A DNA stretch of 64,000 nucleotides, taken from the NCBI GenBank assembly GCA_951406725.2, contig OX597825.1, positions 52,018,001 through 52,082,000 of the forward strand, in the 5' to 3' direction. The notes under the pieces are model-generated. The model made no database searches and was not told the origin of the DNA. It was given only the letters and a program-made list of their open reading frames with translations. The stretch's first letter is position 1; every line of letters starts with the position of its first letter. This document shows positions 27,640 to 40,608 of the stretch, in pieces. The position numbers were made by a program, and so were the translations under genes. Source of the stretch: Octopus vulgaris. Its lineage: Eukaryota.

Positions 27640-28881
27640 ATTTGATGTGAATCGAGATTGGTCTTATTCTTAGTAGAATTGAAGTGAGTAGTGGATTACT
27701 AACTATAGATGTCCACATGATTTCAATAAATCTTCAAGTGCTCAAAACACTTCTGATGATCTTTCCTGTTCTTTAGATGCTAACCTTCTTTATAATCTCT
27801 ACAAAACATTCCATTCCAACCCGCTTTCACTGTTTGTCTATGTCATTTCTCATAGTCCATAATTCATCAATTATTGCAGGTACAACATTTACAGATTTCA
27901 TATTCCAACTCCTTGCAATTTGAAATCTTAAGGGCTTGAATTTTTTTAGCGTTTCATCTTCTTTCTTCATAATCCTGGAATCAAATGGACATGATGGATC
28001 AATCAGTAAGCAAATTCACTTTTCCTTATCTATTATTGTTATATCTGGCTTGTTATGTCTTGACTTCTTATCCATTTGAATTGGAAAATTCCACAAAATC
28101 ATGCATTTTTCTAACTCAAGTACACTTTGTGCCCAGTGATAATACTGTGTACTTCCAGCTTCAAACTCCTATTTCTAACAAATGTTCCAATGCAAATCAT
28201 TTCCATATTGGTCATGCCTCCATTTCTTATATTTTCCCTGAGCCAACTGAGTGTATTCTGCAACAGAGTGTGCCATTGTTTCATCCCAGATTCCACATAC
28301 TCTATATTTTGTTGACATCTTCTTGAGCTTCTGTTATAGGGCTTGCTGTTTCTTTTTCAATTGCTCTCTTTTCAACCAAGCTTAGGATTTTGTCCCCCAC
28401 ACATCCTAAATGGCTTTCCAAAAGTGACTATGCATAGGTTTCTCATCAATCTACCCATGATAGCATGGAAGACAGACTTTAAATGCTGCTGCTGCTGATG
28501 ATGATAATAATGATTCTTGTCTTTTTCTCCGATTCCACACCTGATCAACTGTTCTTTATTCACTGCCTTTAGACCAGCACATCTCTGAGTTGTTCTATAG
28601 ATAATTTGGTGAGCTGTTTTGTTTCATCTGTTTACACTCTTGGTTGGCAATGAAACCTTTTCACCCTAGTCTCTCTTCAAGTACAGTTGGTCAATATCAG
28701 CTTTGGGATGGTAGGCTCCATACATAGTCAAGAGTTTACTAATTTTTCTGTCAGGTTTCTGTATGTAGATTTTATCTAATCCAGGATTCCAGTTCCATAT
28801 CTAATAACCAGCACTGCTCTTAAATTTATCACTTCCATAACATTTTTTGAATTCAGCCTTGACTGTAATGTTTTCCTCAAA
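27640..28881 (-). mobile_element. R4/Dong-like LINE, 3' portion (RT thumb to REL endonuclease)
   Basis: LRKTLQSRLNSKN..VIRYGTGIL..KLLTMYGAYHPKADIDQLYL..; ILWNFPIQMDKK..NKPDITIIDKEK. Interrupted at about 28370-28540. Confidence 0.8.
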
Positions 28882-29250
28882 GCAGTGCATGCCATCAAAG
28901 TGACACTGCGATACAAATATATGAAGTCCAAAATACCCATCGTGACTACCTGTTTGATAAGGGTACACTGGGCATATGCATCACAACCACATGTGTGTGA
29001 CATAGTGATTTCATACCAAGATAAACAGCGCATGACCTTGCAGGTGGGGCTCAGAATTTTCTTCAAGTCAGTTAGCCCATCCCACTCAAAAATTCTCTCA
29101 ATAAGGTTTATTTAAAGATGTTGAATTAAACACCCATGTTTCCAGAGGTGAATTATCCAAACCCCAAAGAATTCCTCTCAACACATGGCTATGATGCTAC
29201 CCCACTGCATCTGCTCAGGATCAGAGATGCACAAATCATCAATTATTAAT
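28882..29250 (-). mobile_element. Non-LTR retrotransposon 3'-end fragment, same family as 32305-32662
   Basis: Reverse-complement similarity to 32305-32625. Confidence 0.6.
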
Positions 29251-29299
29251 AATAATATGGACAATGAGGAAAACATCAAAGAAACGTGGAAAATATTTA

Positions 29300-29500
29300 A
29301 AGGTGGCAAGCTGGCAGAATAGTTAGCATGCTGGTAGCATTTTGTGCGTCTTTACATTGTGAATTCAAATTCTGTCAAGGTCAACCTTAGCTTTCTTCCT
29401 TTCATGGTCAATAAATTAAGTACCAAATAAACACTGGGATCAATATAACCGCCTAGTACTCTCCCTGCAAATTTGAGGCCATGAGCCTTTATTAGAAAGG
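29300..29500 (+). mobile_element. Short SINE (second family)
   Basis: GGTGGCAAGCTGGCAGAATAGTTAGC...AAGTACC...GGCC..TTAGAAAGGATTATTA. Confidence 0.75.
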
Positions 29501-29918
29501 ATTATTATTGTTATTTATTGTGTTTGAACAGCTTCTAACGGTGGAGATGTACTATGGTGCCAGCTGTTCACTACCAATGAACTAAGGTAACACCCCTTAT
29601 TTTTCAAGCACCTTCCGGAGTATTTGAGCAGTTCCAAGCAGTGTTATTTTCTGCAATTGCTCCACCCCTATTGCAGCCCCTATCTGTTCCATGTACTTCT
29701 CAAAATTTTTACTCTCTGTTCCCAGGGCTCCAACAATTATTGGTACTACTACCACCTTTTTTACCAAACACAACTGCTTAACCTCCAATGCTAACCAGTC
29801 ATATCTATTGACTTTTCTTTCTTCCTTATCGCATATGTTGTTGTCAGCTGGGCATGTTATATCAATGATCCAGCATCGGTTGCTTTCTTTCTCAATTAAC
29901 ACTATGTCTGGTTTCCAT
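29501..29918 (-). mobile_element. R4/Dong LINE 3' end with REL endonuclease
   Basis: PDIVLIEKESNRCWIIDITCPAD..KVNRYDWLALEVK..VVVVPIIVGALGT..LQKITLLGTAQILRKVL. TTA repeats on both flanks. Confidence 0.9.
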
Positions 29919-30199
29919 CGTTATTATTATTAAAATAACAAACCTTCAGCTCTGAGAATTCAGCTCTGAAAATTCTGAGCCCACCTTCAGCTCTCCCTCC
30001 AGTGTAAAAATTACTTTAAAAAAATATTTTAAAAGGGAAAAACGTGAGAAAAAATTGAATTAAATTAATGAAAGACAAAATAATGAGCCTTCTCGCACAT
30101 AAACACATTTATTCACATATATACAAACACATACGCAAACGCAAATATTGAAGTACTAAATAGCACAACAAATAATATTTAACCATGTGGAGCATTTTA

Positions 30200-31222
30200 C
30201 ATGCATATCAATATTCTGAAGTTGGACCTACTATTCCTTATCCTGAAGCTACTTACAGATAAAGAAGAAAAGTTCCTGACTCATTTCATCGTCTACTTTC
30301 AATCTTTGATGGTGATTCAGCTCAACCCACACTTTCTCATATTTTGTCTGCTGTTATCTACGCATACAAAGATTGCGGCTGTTTTTGTTCCTGCTTTTAA
30401 CTATCAGAATTATCCTAGAACCCCTGGCAGCTATAGAAGATTGTTTTTGTCAACCATCTATCATGTCATCCAAGCCTGGCTCAGCTACCTACATATCGAA
30501 ACTGAAATCTACGAAAAGGGCTCTTTCTGCTGATCCTATTTTGGAAAATTCAGTTAATGAGGCGATCAGTGATATCAAGCTTTCTCATGAAGACCCTGAA
30601 TCAAGATTTCTCATCAAGAAGATGGTCTTACTAACAAACATCTCAACGAGCAGTTGTTATTGCTTAAACAAGAGGTCGAGCACCTTAAGTCTGTTGTTGC
30701 TGAATTACAGAATAAACAAACTGAATCCCATTCAAAGTCTGCTATTGACACAGAGCCACCCTTTATTTCTACCCTAAAGACTTCCAAACCGCATGGTTCT
30801 TGGTCTCAAGCATTTGTCTTATGAAGAAAGGCTGAAGACACTCGACCTTATTCTCTCGAAAAACGACGACGCTGTGGTGATCTCATTCTCACTCACAACA
30901 TCATAAGTGGAAAGTGTAACCTCTCGAAAGAGCTGTTCTTCACTCCTGCTCCAGAGTGTGGGCTGCGGGTCACTCCAAAAGATCTATCTGCGACAATTTC
31001 ATCTCAATCGAAGGAGAGGGGCTTTCTCCGTCCGGGTTGCGGATCTGTGGAATAAGCTGCCGGACGATAGTGAAGATGCCGATGAACGCTCGGTTCAAAG
31101 TCTCTCTTGACCAGAAATGGCCTGAACTCTTTGTATGACCACCCTCTCTGTACATAACTCCCTGTCCCCCTACATGGCCTTGCTTTTGCTTTTTGAGCCA
31201 ATAAAGATTGAATTGAATTGAA
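30200..31222 (+). mobile_element. CR1-like LINE: ORF1-like 5' part joined to the ORF2 C-terminus and (ATTGA)n tail
   Basis: From 30793: MVLGLKHLSYEERLKTLDL..LEKRRRCGDLI..FSVRVADLWNKLP. Tail GATTGAATTGAATTGAATT. Assignment of the 5' part is less certain. Confidence 0.75.
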
Positions 31223-31234
31223 TTATTATCATTA

Positions 31235-32270
31235 TTATATCATTATTATTCTCAGAGCTCTCTGTTTTACTTTTTTGGGTTACTTCTGTGAGAGTGGACA
31301 GCAATTTGTTGTCAAAGGTTGCACAGGGTCTCTTTCCATGATACTTAACACTCAAGTACCAATCTCAAAAGCCTCACTATCCCCCAATAGAGCAGTTTTT
31401 TAGCTTGTTCTACCCTCATGTCAATTCCAGTTTCTCTGACATATTTCTCAAACTTGGTTGTTAATGCTCCAAGTGCCTCTACAGCTATTGGGATAGCAGT
31501 CACTCTCTTCATTACTCACATTCCTGCAATTTTGTCTTTTAGTAACTGGTATTGTGCCACATTTTCCAGCTCTTTGTCACCTATGAGTGCATCACTAGAC
31601 ATTACTATATCTATAATCGTAGCTTCATTTCCCTTTTATCCACTACAATGATGTCTGGTCTCCGAGCATCAATCACTGAGTCACACTGAATTGTAAAAAC
31701 CAATAAGATATTATCCTCATTATTTTCAGTGAAGCCTTATGGTTTATGTTCATACCATTTCTGTGGTCTTTCAAGACCGTACTTCTCATGCGATCTCCAA
31801 TGAACAAACTTAGCTATGTTACTGTGCCTCATTTTGTAATCCTTTTGGACCAGATTGCTACATTCACAAAATGAGAGATTGATTTGTTTTTGATGCCATA
31901 CATCCAATAATGGGGTGATTAACTGCTCTTAATTATTTGGAACTTAGTGTAATTAGCTCTTAGAGATTGTTCCTGGGTGCTGCCTATCAATGCCTCAGTA
32001 CATCATTTTAGATCACTTTTCCTTAGCCATCTCCATGTGTTGGTTTTGTCTTTCCCTTCCCCTTCTGTGAAATATTGCCCATTCATTATTTTCATTTTCC
32101 AGTTGTTTATTCTTTGTACATTATCATGTTTCTTAAATGTTTTGGTGTATGTCACATTTTCTGTAGGTATTGTGTTGCTATTTCTAACTGAGTAGCAAGT
32201 GTTCAATCTGCTGTTTGACATACCATCCCAGACTGCTTCCCTGATTGACAATACAGTCCTTGCATCCTGT
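31235..32270 (-). mobile_element. R4/Dong LINE 3' portion
   Basis: WKMKIMNGQYF..TWRWLRKSDLK; ILWFYNS..RPDII..; PIAVEALGAL. (TAA)n tail at about 31222-31250. Confidence 0.85.
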
Positions 32271-32304
32271 GAGACTTCTTCCTCCCTTGTACCTAGTCAC
32301 ATTC

Positions 32305-32662
32305 AATAATTTGATATCAACACCATGTGTTGAGACGAATTCTTTGGGGGTCTGAATAATTTACCTCAGGAAATGTGGGTGCTTCACTCATCATCTTGAA
32401 ACAAACCTTGTTCAGTGACCTTTTGAACTGGATGGACTAATCAACCTGAAGAAAATTCTAACTGGGTCCCACCTGCAAGTTCATTTACTGTTTGTATTGA
32501 TATGAGATCACCATGTCATCACATATGTTTGTGACACATGCACCTTATTAAATGGGTAATCACGATGAATATAACGGGCTTCGTATATTTGCACCCCAGC
32601 ATCACTTTGATGGCATACGTTGCTTTCTCATTCACTCAATAATAATAATAATAATAATAATA
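32305..32662 (+). mobile_element. Non-LTR retrotransposon 3' end with (TAA)n tail
   Basis: ..CACTTTGATGGCATACGTTGCTTTCTCATTCACTCAATAATAAT. A second copy lies at 28882-29250. Confidence 0.6.
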
Positions 32663-33921
32663 AAATGAAGAAGAATACCTCCCTTACGTTTTAGTCTGTC
32701 TTTTAATAGTTTTTTTTGGTGAGGATCAAGAAAGAAATCTAAATGAAAAACTAAGACGTAAAAATATCAAATGAAATTTTAAAATCTAGAAAACCAAAAT
32801 ATAGAAAAGTAGAAATAAATGCACACACACATACATAATTGCATATACAAGCACACACATATATATGCATAGATATATACATATGCACAGATATTCATAC
32901 ACACACGTTAACACATTTACATAGATACACACATCACATATAGTTCCTCAGAAACATACATAAGAGGTACCGGGTATGTATACAAATGTTCATCCTTTAC
33001 ATATGCATATCTATACACTCACACATACACATAATGATACACATGCCCATACAAACACACAAGAATCTAAACATATATTTACACATTCACAAAAGTATAT
33101 ACATACATATTTACATATATACACACATCAACAAGTACCAATCTGAAGACTAATGATTAAATTTAAACACAATACCTTATCGAATATATTTGCATTCTCA
33201 GCTATATTGCCGAGTAGAACAATAAATGCAAATATAAATGTAAATATATATATATATATATATATATAAATATGTATATCAACACACACACAAACATACA
33301 CATCTGCATATATATATATATACATACACACACACATGCACACTTATATACACATATAATAACAATACTCACTAACCCATGAACTTTCATATGTACACAT
33401 ACACCAACCTATCCAAACAGGAGAAACAAATTAACCCCAATACATACATGCACAAAAGCATATATATGTACACATATGTTTACATATATGCATATATACC
33501 CACATATATATATGTACATGAATTTATGTGTATATATATATATATATATAAGTATATATATGTATGTATGTGTGTATGTATGTAGTATGTATATATTTAT
33601 ACACACGCACGTACATATGTACATACACATGTGTGTGTAAGTATATATAATAATGATGTAAATATAACATACAAGACAACAATGTGTAAATAAAGACACT
33701 AATAGATTTTATTGGGGAGGAAATATATTTTAAGAATTAAAGAAAATGAAGAATGTTCTCTTTTGTTGAATCTATTGTTTGTGGCAACACCATTAATCAA
33801 ATATATACAATATTTTAACGCTTAAAGCAAGGAAACTATTTATAAGAATTAGTAAAAGAAAAAGCTTGCAAAATATATATTTAGTCTTTCATGAGTCGAA
33901 AGAAATCTATTAGAAATTATA

Positions 33922-33981
<60 letters not shown>

Positions 33982-34236
33982 GTGTGTGTGTGTGTGTTTG
34001 TATATGTATATATGCATATGTATGAATGTATTTAAAAAAAAGACTTAGTATATACATATATATTAAGAAAGAATAACAAGATAATGTGTATCTTCCAATT
34101 ATATTAATAAGATACCCGAAAGAAAATATGTGTGTGTGTGTGTACTCTGTGTTCAGAGAGGCAACACACCAACATGGTTATATGCCAATAAACATACATA
34201 CATGCACGCATATATACACACAGGTACACGTTTTTA

Positions 34237-34276
<40 letters not shown>

Positions 34277-35049
34277 ATGTGTGTCCACAAATTTGTGAGA
34301 AATAAACAAAACCTGGCCTCAATTTTACCATCATCATCTCAATTGTTTTTGGAAGCAATTTGGATATTTCAAACTGTGACAGCTTTCCCATACTGCCAGA
34401 TCTAATTTTGTATTTTTAAATATGGTAAATGTTTTGGTTATTTTAGAAAAATGCATGAATTGGTAAATATAATAATTGTTCAAGTATTTGATATGCCACA
34501 AGGTTTACAGAATATCAAACATTCCAAGAGCATAGAGAAGAAACTCATATGAGAGAACAAGATCTTTGTATTGTAAGCATGTTTTCGCAAGTACATATGT
34601 ACACATACACTTACACACAAAGGCAGACACACACATGCACACAAATATATATATCACCTCAGGAGTGAAATTTGATAAATGGAAATTGTTGCAAAAGTGT
34701 CCATTGTGCATATACACACGGGTGTACTCATGCACACATACACACATGCATGCACTCACACACATGCACACACACATGCATGCACATTCATACACATGCA
34801 CACACGCGTACAGACACACACACATATTCTGCGCATTTCAGCTCAAAGCCTGTGGCCATGCTGAGTAAGTGAGGCTTGAGATCTGCACATTTGTGTATAT
34901 GCCACACACAAACACATCAGTATATACCCATGCATATACAAGCATATTGTTCCCCTTACACATACATGTACATGCACACACAAATATACATATATATATA
35001 GATATGCATGTACATGAAATTATATATCCATGCGCACACTGGGATGCAG

Positions 35050-37640
35050 TTTCACAATCCACTGTAAGATCCAGATCCAACATAGAGAAGGTTCTAGGTA
35101 TTGTGTTTGCATTTGACCCATTCATGTTCTTAATTCATATATAACCCTACATGGGCATCCTGCCTCAGTGCAGGGTTTAGGGTGCATTCCCTAAAATCCT
35201 TTTAACACTTGGCACACAACTGAATGAGACCTTTAAGAATGAGATCTTTTATTACATAAGCATCCCTGCCTATGGCCTTGTTTGAAATGCTTGTCCACTA
35301 AACTAGGTAAGATCCTTTTCACACAGGTCTTGCTATTAAGTGAGAAAGATGGCGAAAACCAAGTGACTTTATGGTGGCACTTTATTTTGTGGATGTTAGG
35401 TCATAGCATAAAGGAGATACGCTCCTTAATCCTGCTGGCTACCAAAGCTGCATTATAAGGGGCCACTGTGTCAAGAATCTCTTTATTTGAGTACAGGATT
35501 GAATTCTTTTTTACTGACACCTTTCACCAGGTAGGTGGGAGAAGGCTGTGTTAATATATGAGAGCCTTTCATTTGATATGCAATAGGGCCTATATAGTCA
35601 GGTACCCAAATTGAGCATAATATCCAAAAAATTAACTATGGTAAATTTAGTCTCAACAGTAATCTTAAGACCAAGGTAGGTAAGTGTGTAAATTAGGTCC
35701 TTTCTCAGACTATCTAGAGTATGCTCATTTGCATCTGTAGATATGGCTAAAATGTCATCTCTGTATAGCTTGAAAAGGACTAATGGGAACCTCTTTATTA
35801 AGGTGTCCAGTATATATTAGCTTGGCAACTAAATTCCCACCATTTTAAAAAATTTAATTAACTAATTAATCAATAATATATTCACCCGTGTTCTTTACAA
35901 CTGCTTTAGTGCCAACATTCAACAAGATTTTGATCTTCAGTGAGTACCTTCTGGATCTGATGTTGTAAGTGTTGACCTCCATGCATTATGTAGCTCTGTC
36001 ATTGTAGTTTGCCTTCCATCTCATGCATTTGAATGGCTTCCTTGGTCATATTGGTGATATGAGGGCCGGCATTGTCATGCAGAAGAAGAACTCCATGCTG
36101 CCAATTAGGTCTTTTCTCTTGAATAACCGTATTGAGTAGTTCCATCTGTTGAACATAGAGTTCTGCATTGACCATTTGGTTCCATTCAAGCAATTTGTAA
36201 TGGATAATCCCTTCCCAGACCCATCATACGGACAACATCGTTTTATGCAGATGAAGATCTTGTTTCATGCACGGTGTTGCTTGTTTACCAGGGCTAAACC
36301 ATTCTTTATGCTGCTTCATATTGATGTACAGGCACCATTTTTCGTCTCCAGTAATGATTCAGTAAAGAAATCATTGCTTGTGTCCATGTGAGTTGAGCAG
36401 TGACGAGCAAATAAACTAGTAGAGATTGTGGCACGTTGATTTTTGTTGTCACTTAAAACATACGGAACCCATGCTCCATACTTCTGAACCTTTTCCATCG
36501 AGTGAAGATGCTTCTCTATAGCAGTGTGGGAGCATTCCATTTTCTTTGCCAGTTCCCTTGTTGTCTGACGAGAATTTTCATGCAAAATTTGGTTTAATTG
36601 CTCTTCATCAAACTCAACTGGACGGCCAGAACAAGGTGCATCTTTGAGGTCAACATTTCCATTTTTGAACTTGGCTTACCAATCACTAACCCAATATAAT
36701 CCTATGAGGCCACAGATATCCAAGCTGTCAAATGTACCCATTGCCATATTGAAGGAACCTAGTGAGTCAGTTTGTTTGATCTAGACCGAACTTCTGTTCA
36801 ACAGCAGGGTTTTCCAAGTAAATTCATAAGTGAACATAAATGCCTTAACTAGTAACCATTTACGCATAGACTGATAAAAATTTACTTTATTGAATTGGGT
36901 AAATCTTGCTCTTCCTCTACCCTGGTTTGCTTTAAAATATGAAATAACATGCCTTAAGGAGAGACAGGAAATGCTCCTTATGGTATTGCTGATCTTTCTC
37001 AAAATATACATACTCACAAGCATGATTTCCAATTTAGCTGGGGTTATTAGGCAGCAACTTAGAACTGGAGGTGGAGTTCAGTCTGTGATCCTTAATGGTG
37101 ATAAAAGTATTTCTCTTACCTAACACTTCCACCCTATCAGCTATCCCTAGATTGCTGGTTAATTGTTTGGCTTCATTGTTTAGACTATAGTATGAGTATG
37201 GAAGAGCACATCTCTAACTTTCTGTGATGTTATTCTAACAGCCTATCATATGTGAAGGTGTTTACTCTATATAGGTTTTTTTGTTTTATCAGGGAACATT
37301 GAAGTGCTATTTGAATTTTCAGTAGATGTATATTGGAAGAAAGCTTGCCCTAAAAAAGGGCTGGAAGACTTATGGAATCAGTTTGGGGAAGACCCTCAAA
37401 AGGTCTGCTTTAGTGCCCTCAAGCTCTTTGATCTTCAGTGAGTACCTTCTGGATCTGATGTTGTAAGTGTTGACCTCCATGCATTATGTAGCTTGGTCAT
37501 AGTAGTTTGCCTTCCATCTCATACGCCATAAGAGGTCAATGATCTTTTCAAGTAGCATTCTCATGTAGCATTCATTTGATGGTATGGATATATTTTTTGT
37601 TGAGTAACCAAGATCATATAGTTCTAAATCCCTAAAGAGA
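35050..37640 (-). mobile_element. Penelope-like element (RT region), interrupted by a mariner
   Basis: FITIKDHR..; FTQFNKVNFYQS..; FNMAMGTFDSLDICGLIGLY|ILDTLIKRFPLVLFKLYRDDILA..VNFLDIMLNL..YRPY. Removing the mariner plus one TA restores the frame. Confidence 0.9.
35817..36694 (-). mobile_element. Mariner element, internally deleted, with TA TSD
   Basis: Ends TTAGCTTGGCAACTAA and ..CTAACCCAA. Protein: AKFKNGNVDLKDAPCSGRP..QTTRELA..WVPY..LLHDNAGPH..GEYIID*. Confidence 0.9.
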
Positions 37641-37671
37641 GTATTTTTCGAGACTATGTATATGCACTCAA

Positions 37672-37930
37672 TGTGAAGGTGAATGGCTTAGTGGTTAGAG
37701 CATCAGCCTCAAAATAATGAGGTAGTGAGTTCAATTCCTGCACTGGGCTATGTGTTGTAGTCTTGAGCAAGACACTTTATTTCACATTGCTCCAGTTGAC
37801 TGGTGACAAGCTGTATCAACTTTTGCTTTTCCCTTGGATAACCTCAGTGGTGTGTAGAGGAGAGGCTGTTATGCATGTATGTTCTAGGTACAATCCCATG
37901 GTCATTCATGACCGAAGTGGGTCTTTATCC
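37672..37930 (+). mobile_element. tRNA-derived SINE, internally deleted
   Basis: A-box TGGCTTAGTGG, B-box GAGTTCAATTCC, core CTTGAGCAAGACACTTTATTTCAC. Confidence 0.75.
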
Positions 37931-38499
37931 TGTATATTTAATCAATTAGAAGGGTAGCTATAGAACACAAACCATGTGGTGGCCTGTTGCAATACACTCT
38001 ATGACCCTGGAGCATGAAGAATAGGTCAGTTGTGCATAAGTCTGTACCTCCAGCCAGCAGATTTAATATGTCATCTATATTGCTAAGAGCACAATAAATG
38101 GGAAATTTTAGGTAGCTTTCTGACTGATCTTAACCAACAACTAAATTTTATATGTATATATGGTACAAAAATAATAAAAACATAAAAACGAGGTAAAAAA
38201 GAAAGTAGTGCATGTGTGTGTTCATGTGTATTTATATATGTCGTGTCAGATGGAAGTTGAAAAAACAACTTCACATAAACCAAGCATCAAACAGGTGTGA
38301 TTTCACAGCTATTTGATGGTTGGTTATGTGAAACTTTGAGAAACAGACTGAGAGCTTTATCAGTCTCAATAAAACACTATGTTTTACGTTACCTTTAGTA
38401 TTTCAGTTCCATTTTTCTCCATCTTGTTTTGCATCAACTGCTTGCTTGCACGTATGTGTGTATAAATATATGAACATTTTATTTTGTAATGAGATAAAA

Positions 38500-39070
38500 A
38501 AAAATCCAAGGCTGTGTAGATTTTAGAACATTTATAGATAGGTCTTACAGCTGTTTCTAGGATATTTACTATATCCCTTCATCAGAGATGGTGTGAGAGG
38601 ATGGTTAAGAAATAGTTAATTTAAATAAGATATAAAATAGAGAGTGAGGTGGAGGAAATAAAAGAAAATAGATGTGAGATATGTTGGGATATTGCATTTG
38701 GAGATCCATTTTTTTAGGCAGAATGGTATATATATAATATTCCAATACCTTATGAGTAAAATCCAATAGAATTTATAATTGTTCATTCCAAGTGACCTAA
38801 AGATAGAGAGTGTATTAGTAGGGTCAAATCAAAAACAGAAAGAGAGGAATGGAGAAAGAGAAAAAGAGAAAAAGGAGGGAATAAGAAGAAAAATAATATA
38901 ATAAAAAATAAAAAAACAAGAAGAGAGGAATAAAGGAAAGAAAGAAAAAAGAAAATAACAAAGATAATTTGAAAGTAGGAGAGGGGAGATAAAGGGTTAT
39001 TGAGAGAAAAAGGTATTAAAGTGTAAGAAGATAGAAGGAATAAAAGGAAAAGGAGTGACACATATAGTGA
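38500..39070 (-). mobile_element. Penelope pLTR/3' UTR copy inverted relative to the adjacent GIY-YIG fragment
   Basis: Contains a hammerhead motif and a pyrimidine-rich UTR on the minus strand. Abuts the plus-strand GIY-YIG fragment. Confidence 0.6.
38541..38592 (-). ncRNA. Minimal type I hammerhead ribozyme motif (Penelope-associated)
   Basis: AUCU CUGAUGA AGGGAUAU-AGUAA-AUAUCCUA GAA ACAGCUGU A AGAC: intact core, 7-bp stem II, palindromic helix III and a GUA triplet. Confidence 0.75.
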
Positions 39071-39100
39071 TGCATAGTTCTTAATCTATTACACAACTCT

Positions 39101-39262
39101 AAAGCCATATAAATTGGATCAACCAAAAATTTTAAGCAACAATATGCCACTCACCTCCATTCTTTTAGATACGATAAACATAGTAAATCTACAACACTCG
39201 CCAACCACATACATCATCTCAAAAATACAAATATACCCTATACTCTATAATGGTCCATACTG
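39101..39262 (+). pseudogene. Penelope GIY-YIG endonuclease fragment
   Basis: KAI*IGSTKNFKQQYATHLHSFRYDKHSKSTTLANHIHHLKNTNIPYTL*WSIL. Confidence 0.8.
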
Positions 39263-39806
39263 GACTCTAGGTTTCCCTACCGAGATCAATGCTCAACATG
39301 CACACTTTGCCTGAAGGAGGCACTTCACATATCAAAGCACAACTCTCCAGCACTGCTGATTCATCTTCTGGGCATCCACTTAGCCCTGATCCTGCAGTCA
39401 CTAACTACCAGAATATGTTGTGGGTACATTCTTCACCTGGGAAGGTTTTGGCATTTATAAGCAGCCATCTTTCTCTTTTTCTGGTGAGGATGTAGTCAAT
39501 TTGGCTAATGTGTCTACCAGAACAGTAGGTGACTAGGTGACTGGCAGGTTTTCTGAAGTTAGTACTGCAAACCATAAGATCATTTGCATCGCAGAACTCC
39601 AGCAGCCTGGTTCCCTCCTCATTGCAAGAACCAAAACCATAGCCTCCATGTACGCCATGGAAGCCCCCAGCTGTTGTCTAACATGTCCATTGAAGTCACC
39701 AGCGACAAAGAGAAGGTCCCTGTCATTCGTTAATGCAGTAGTCTCAAGCCTTTAGAAGTGTTCATGGGAGACAAACATATATGTGTATCTATCTATATAT
39801 ATATAC

Positions 39807-39846
<40 letters not shown>

Positions 39847-40260
39847 TACGTTATTTCTTCGCAAGAAGTATACCCATGCCCCTGACCATGTCAGTGTTCC
39901 CTGCCCATGTCAGTGTTCCCTGCCCAGAAAATCTTGTACCTGTGTTCTTTGCCTGTAGGGAACCTAGCGGAACATCCTCTCCACCTTACTTCTTGGATGG
40001 TGCACATATCGACACATTTCAGTTCAAGAATCTCAACAATCTCACCAGACATACCTTTCAGTGTACCGACGTTGAGGGGCCCTTGAGACCCTGGGATGGG
40101 GGACAATAGCATCAAGTACCTGAAAAGAGAGCTTGCATTTGGCAGAATTCATAAACAAACAATAGCCTTAAGTTCAACCTGCGTACATTAAAATATATTT
40201 TTGCACTATATGATCAGTACATTACATAGTAGGGGTGGGGATGGTGTCAAGCCTTTAAAA
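39263..40260 (-). mobile_element. RTE LINE 5' region with AP-endonuclease domain
   Basis: LNVGTLKGMSGEIVE..VDMCTIQEVRWRG; VAGDFNGHV..NEEGTRLLEFCDANDLMVCSTNF..SQIDYIL. Confidence 0.9.
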
Positions 40261-40292
40261 GTGTTCATGGGAGACAAACATATATGTGTATC

Positions 40293-40363
<71 letters not shown>

Positions 40364-40369
<6 letters not shown>

Positions 40370-40608
40370 TACGTTATTTACAATTGATGGATATTTGTCC
40401 TCATCTTGTTTGTTAACATTTCGGTTAATATACCCACCTGCTTTCATCAGGTGTCTTGGGGAAATTTCAAACCTGGGTTCTCATTCGTAAGGTATTTTTC
40501 GATGTTATCATTCTTCTTCTTCTTATGATAATTCTTGTTATTATTATTCAGGTCACCGCTTGGAATCAAACTCGGAAAATTGGGGTTAGTTGCTCGTGCT
40601 TTTAACCA
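40364..40608 (-). mobile_element. tRNA-headed, hammerhead-bearing short element (left, inverted copy)
   Basis: Reverse complement of about 40617-40860. Degenerate hammerhead at about 40414-40456. Confidence 0.8.

Noticed and set aside
38295-38360. Additional hammerhead in a Penelope-like repeat
   Set aside because: The CUGANGA core is not recognisable in this copy.
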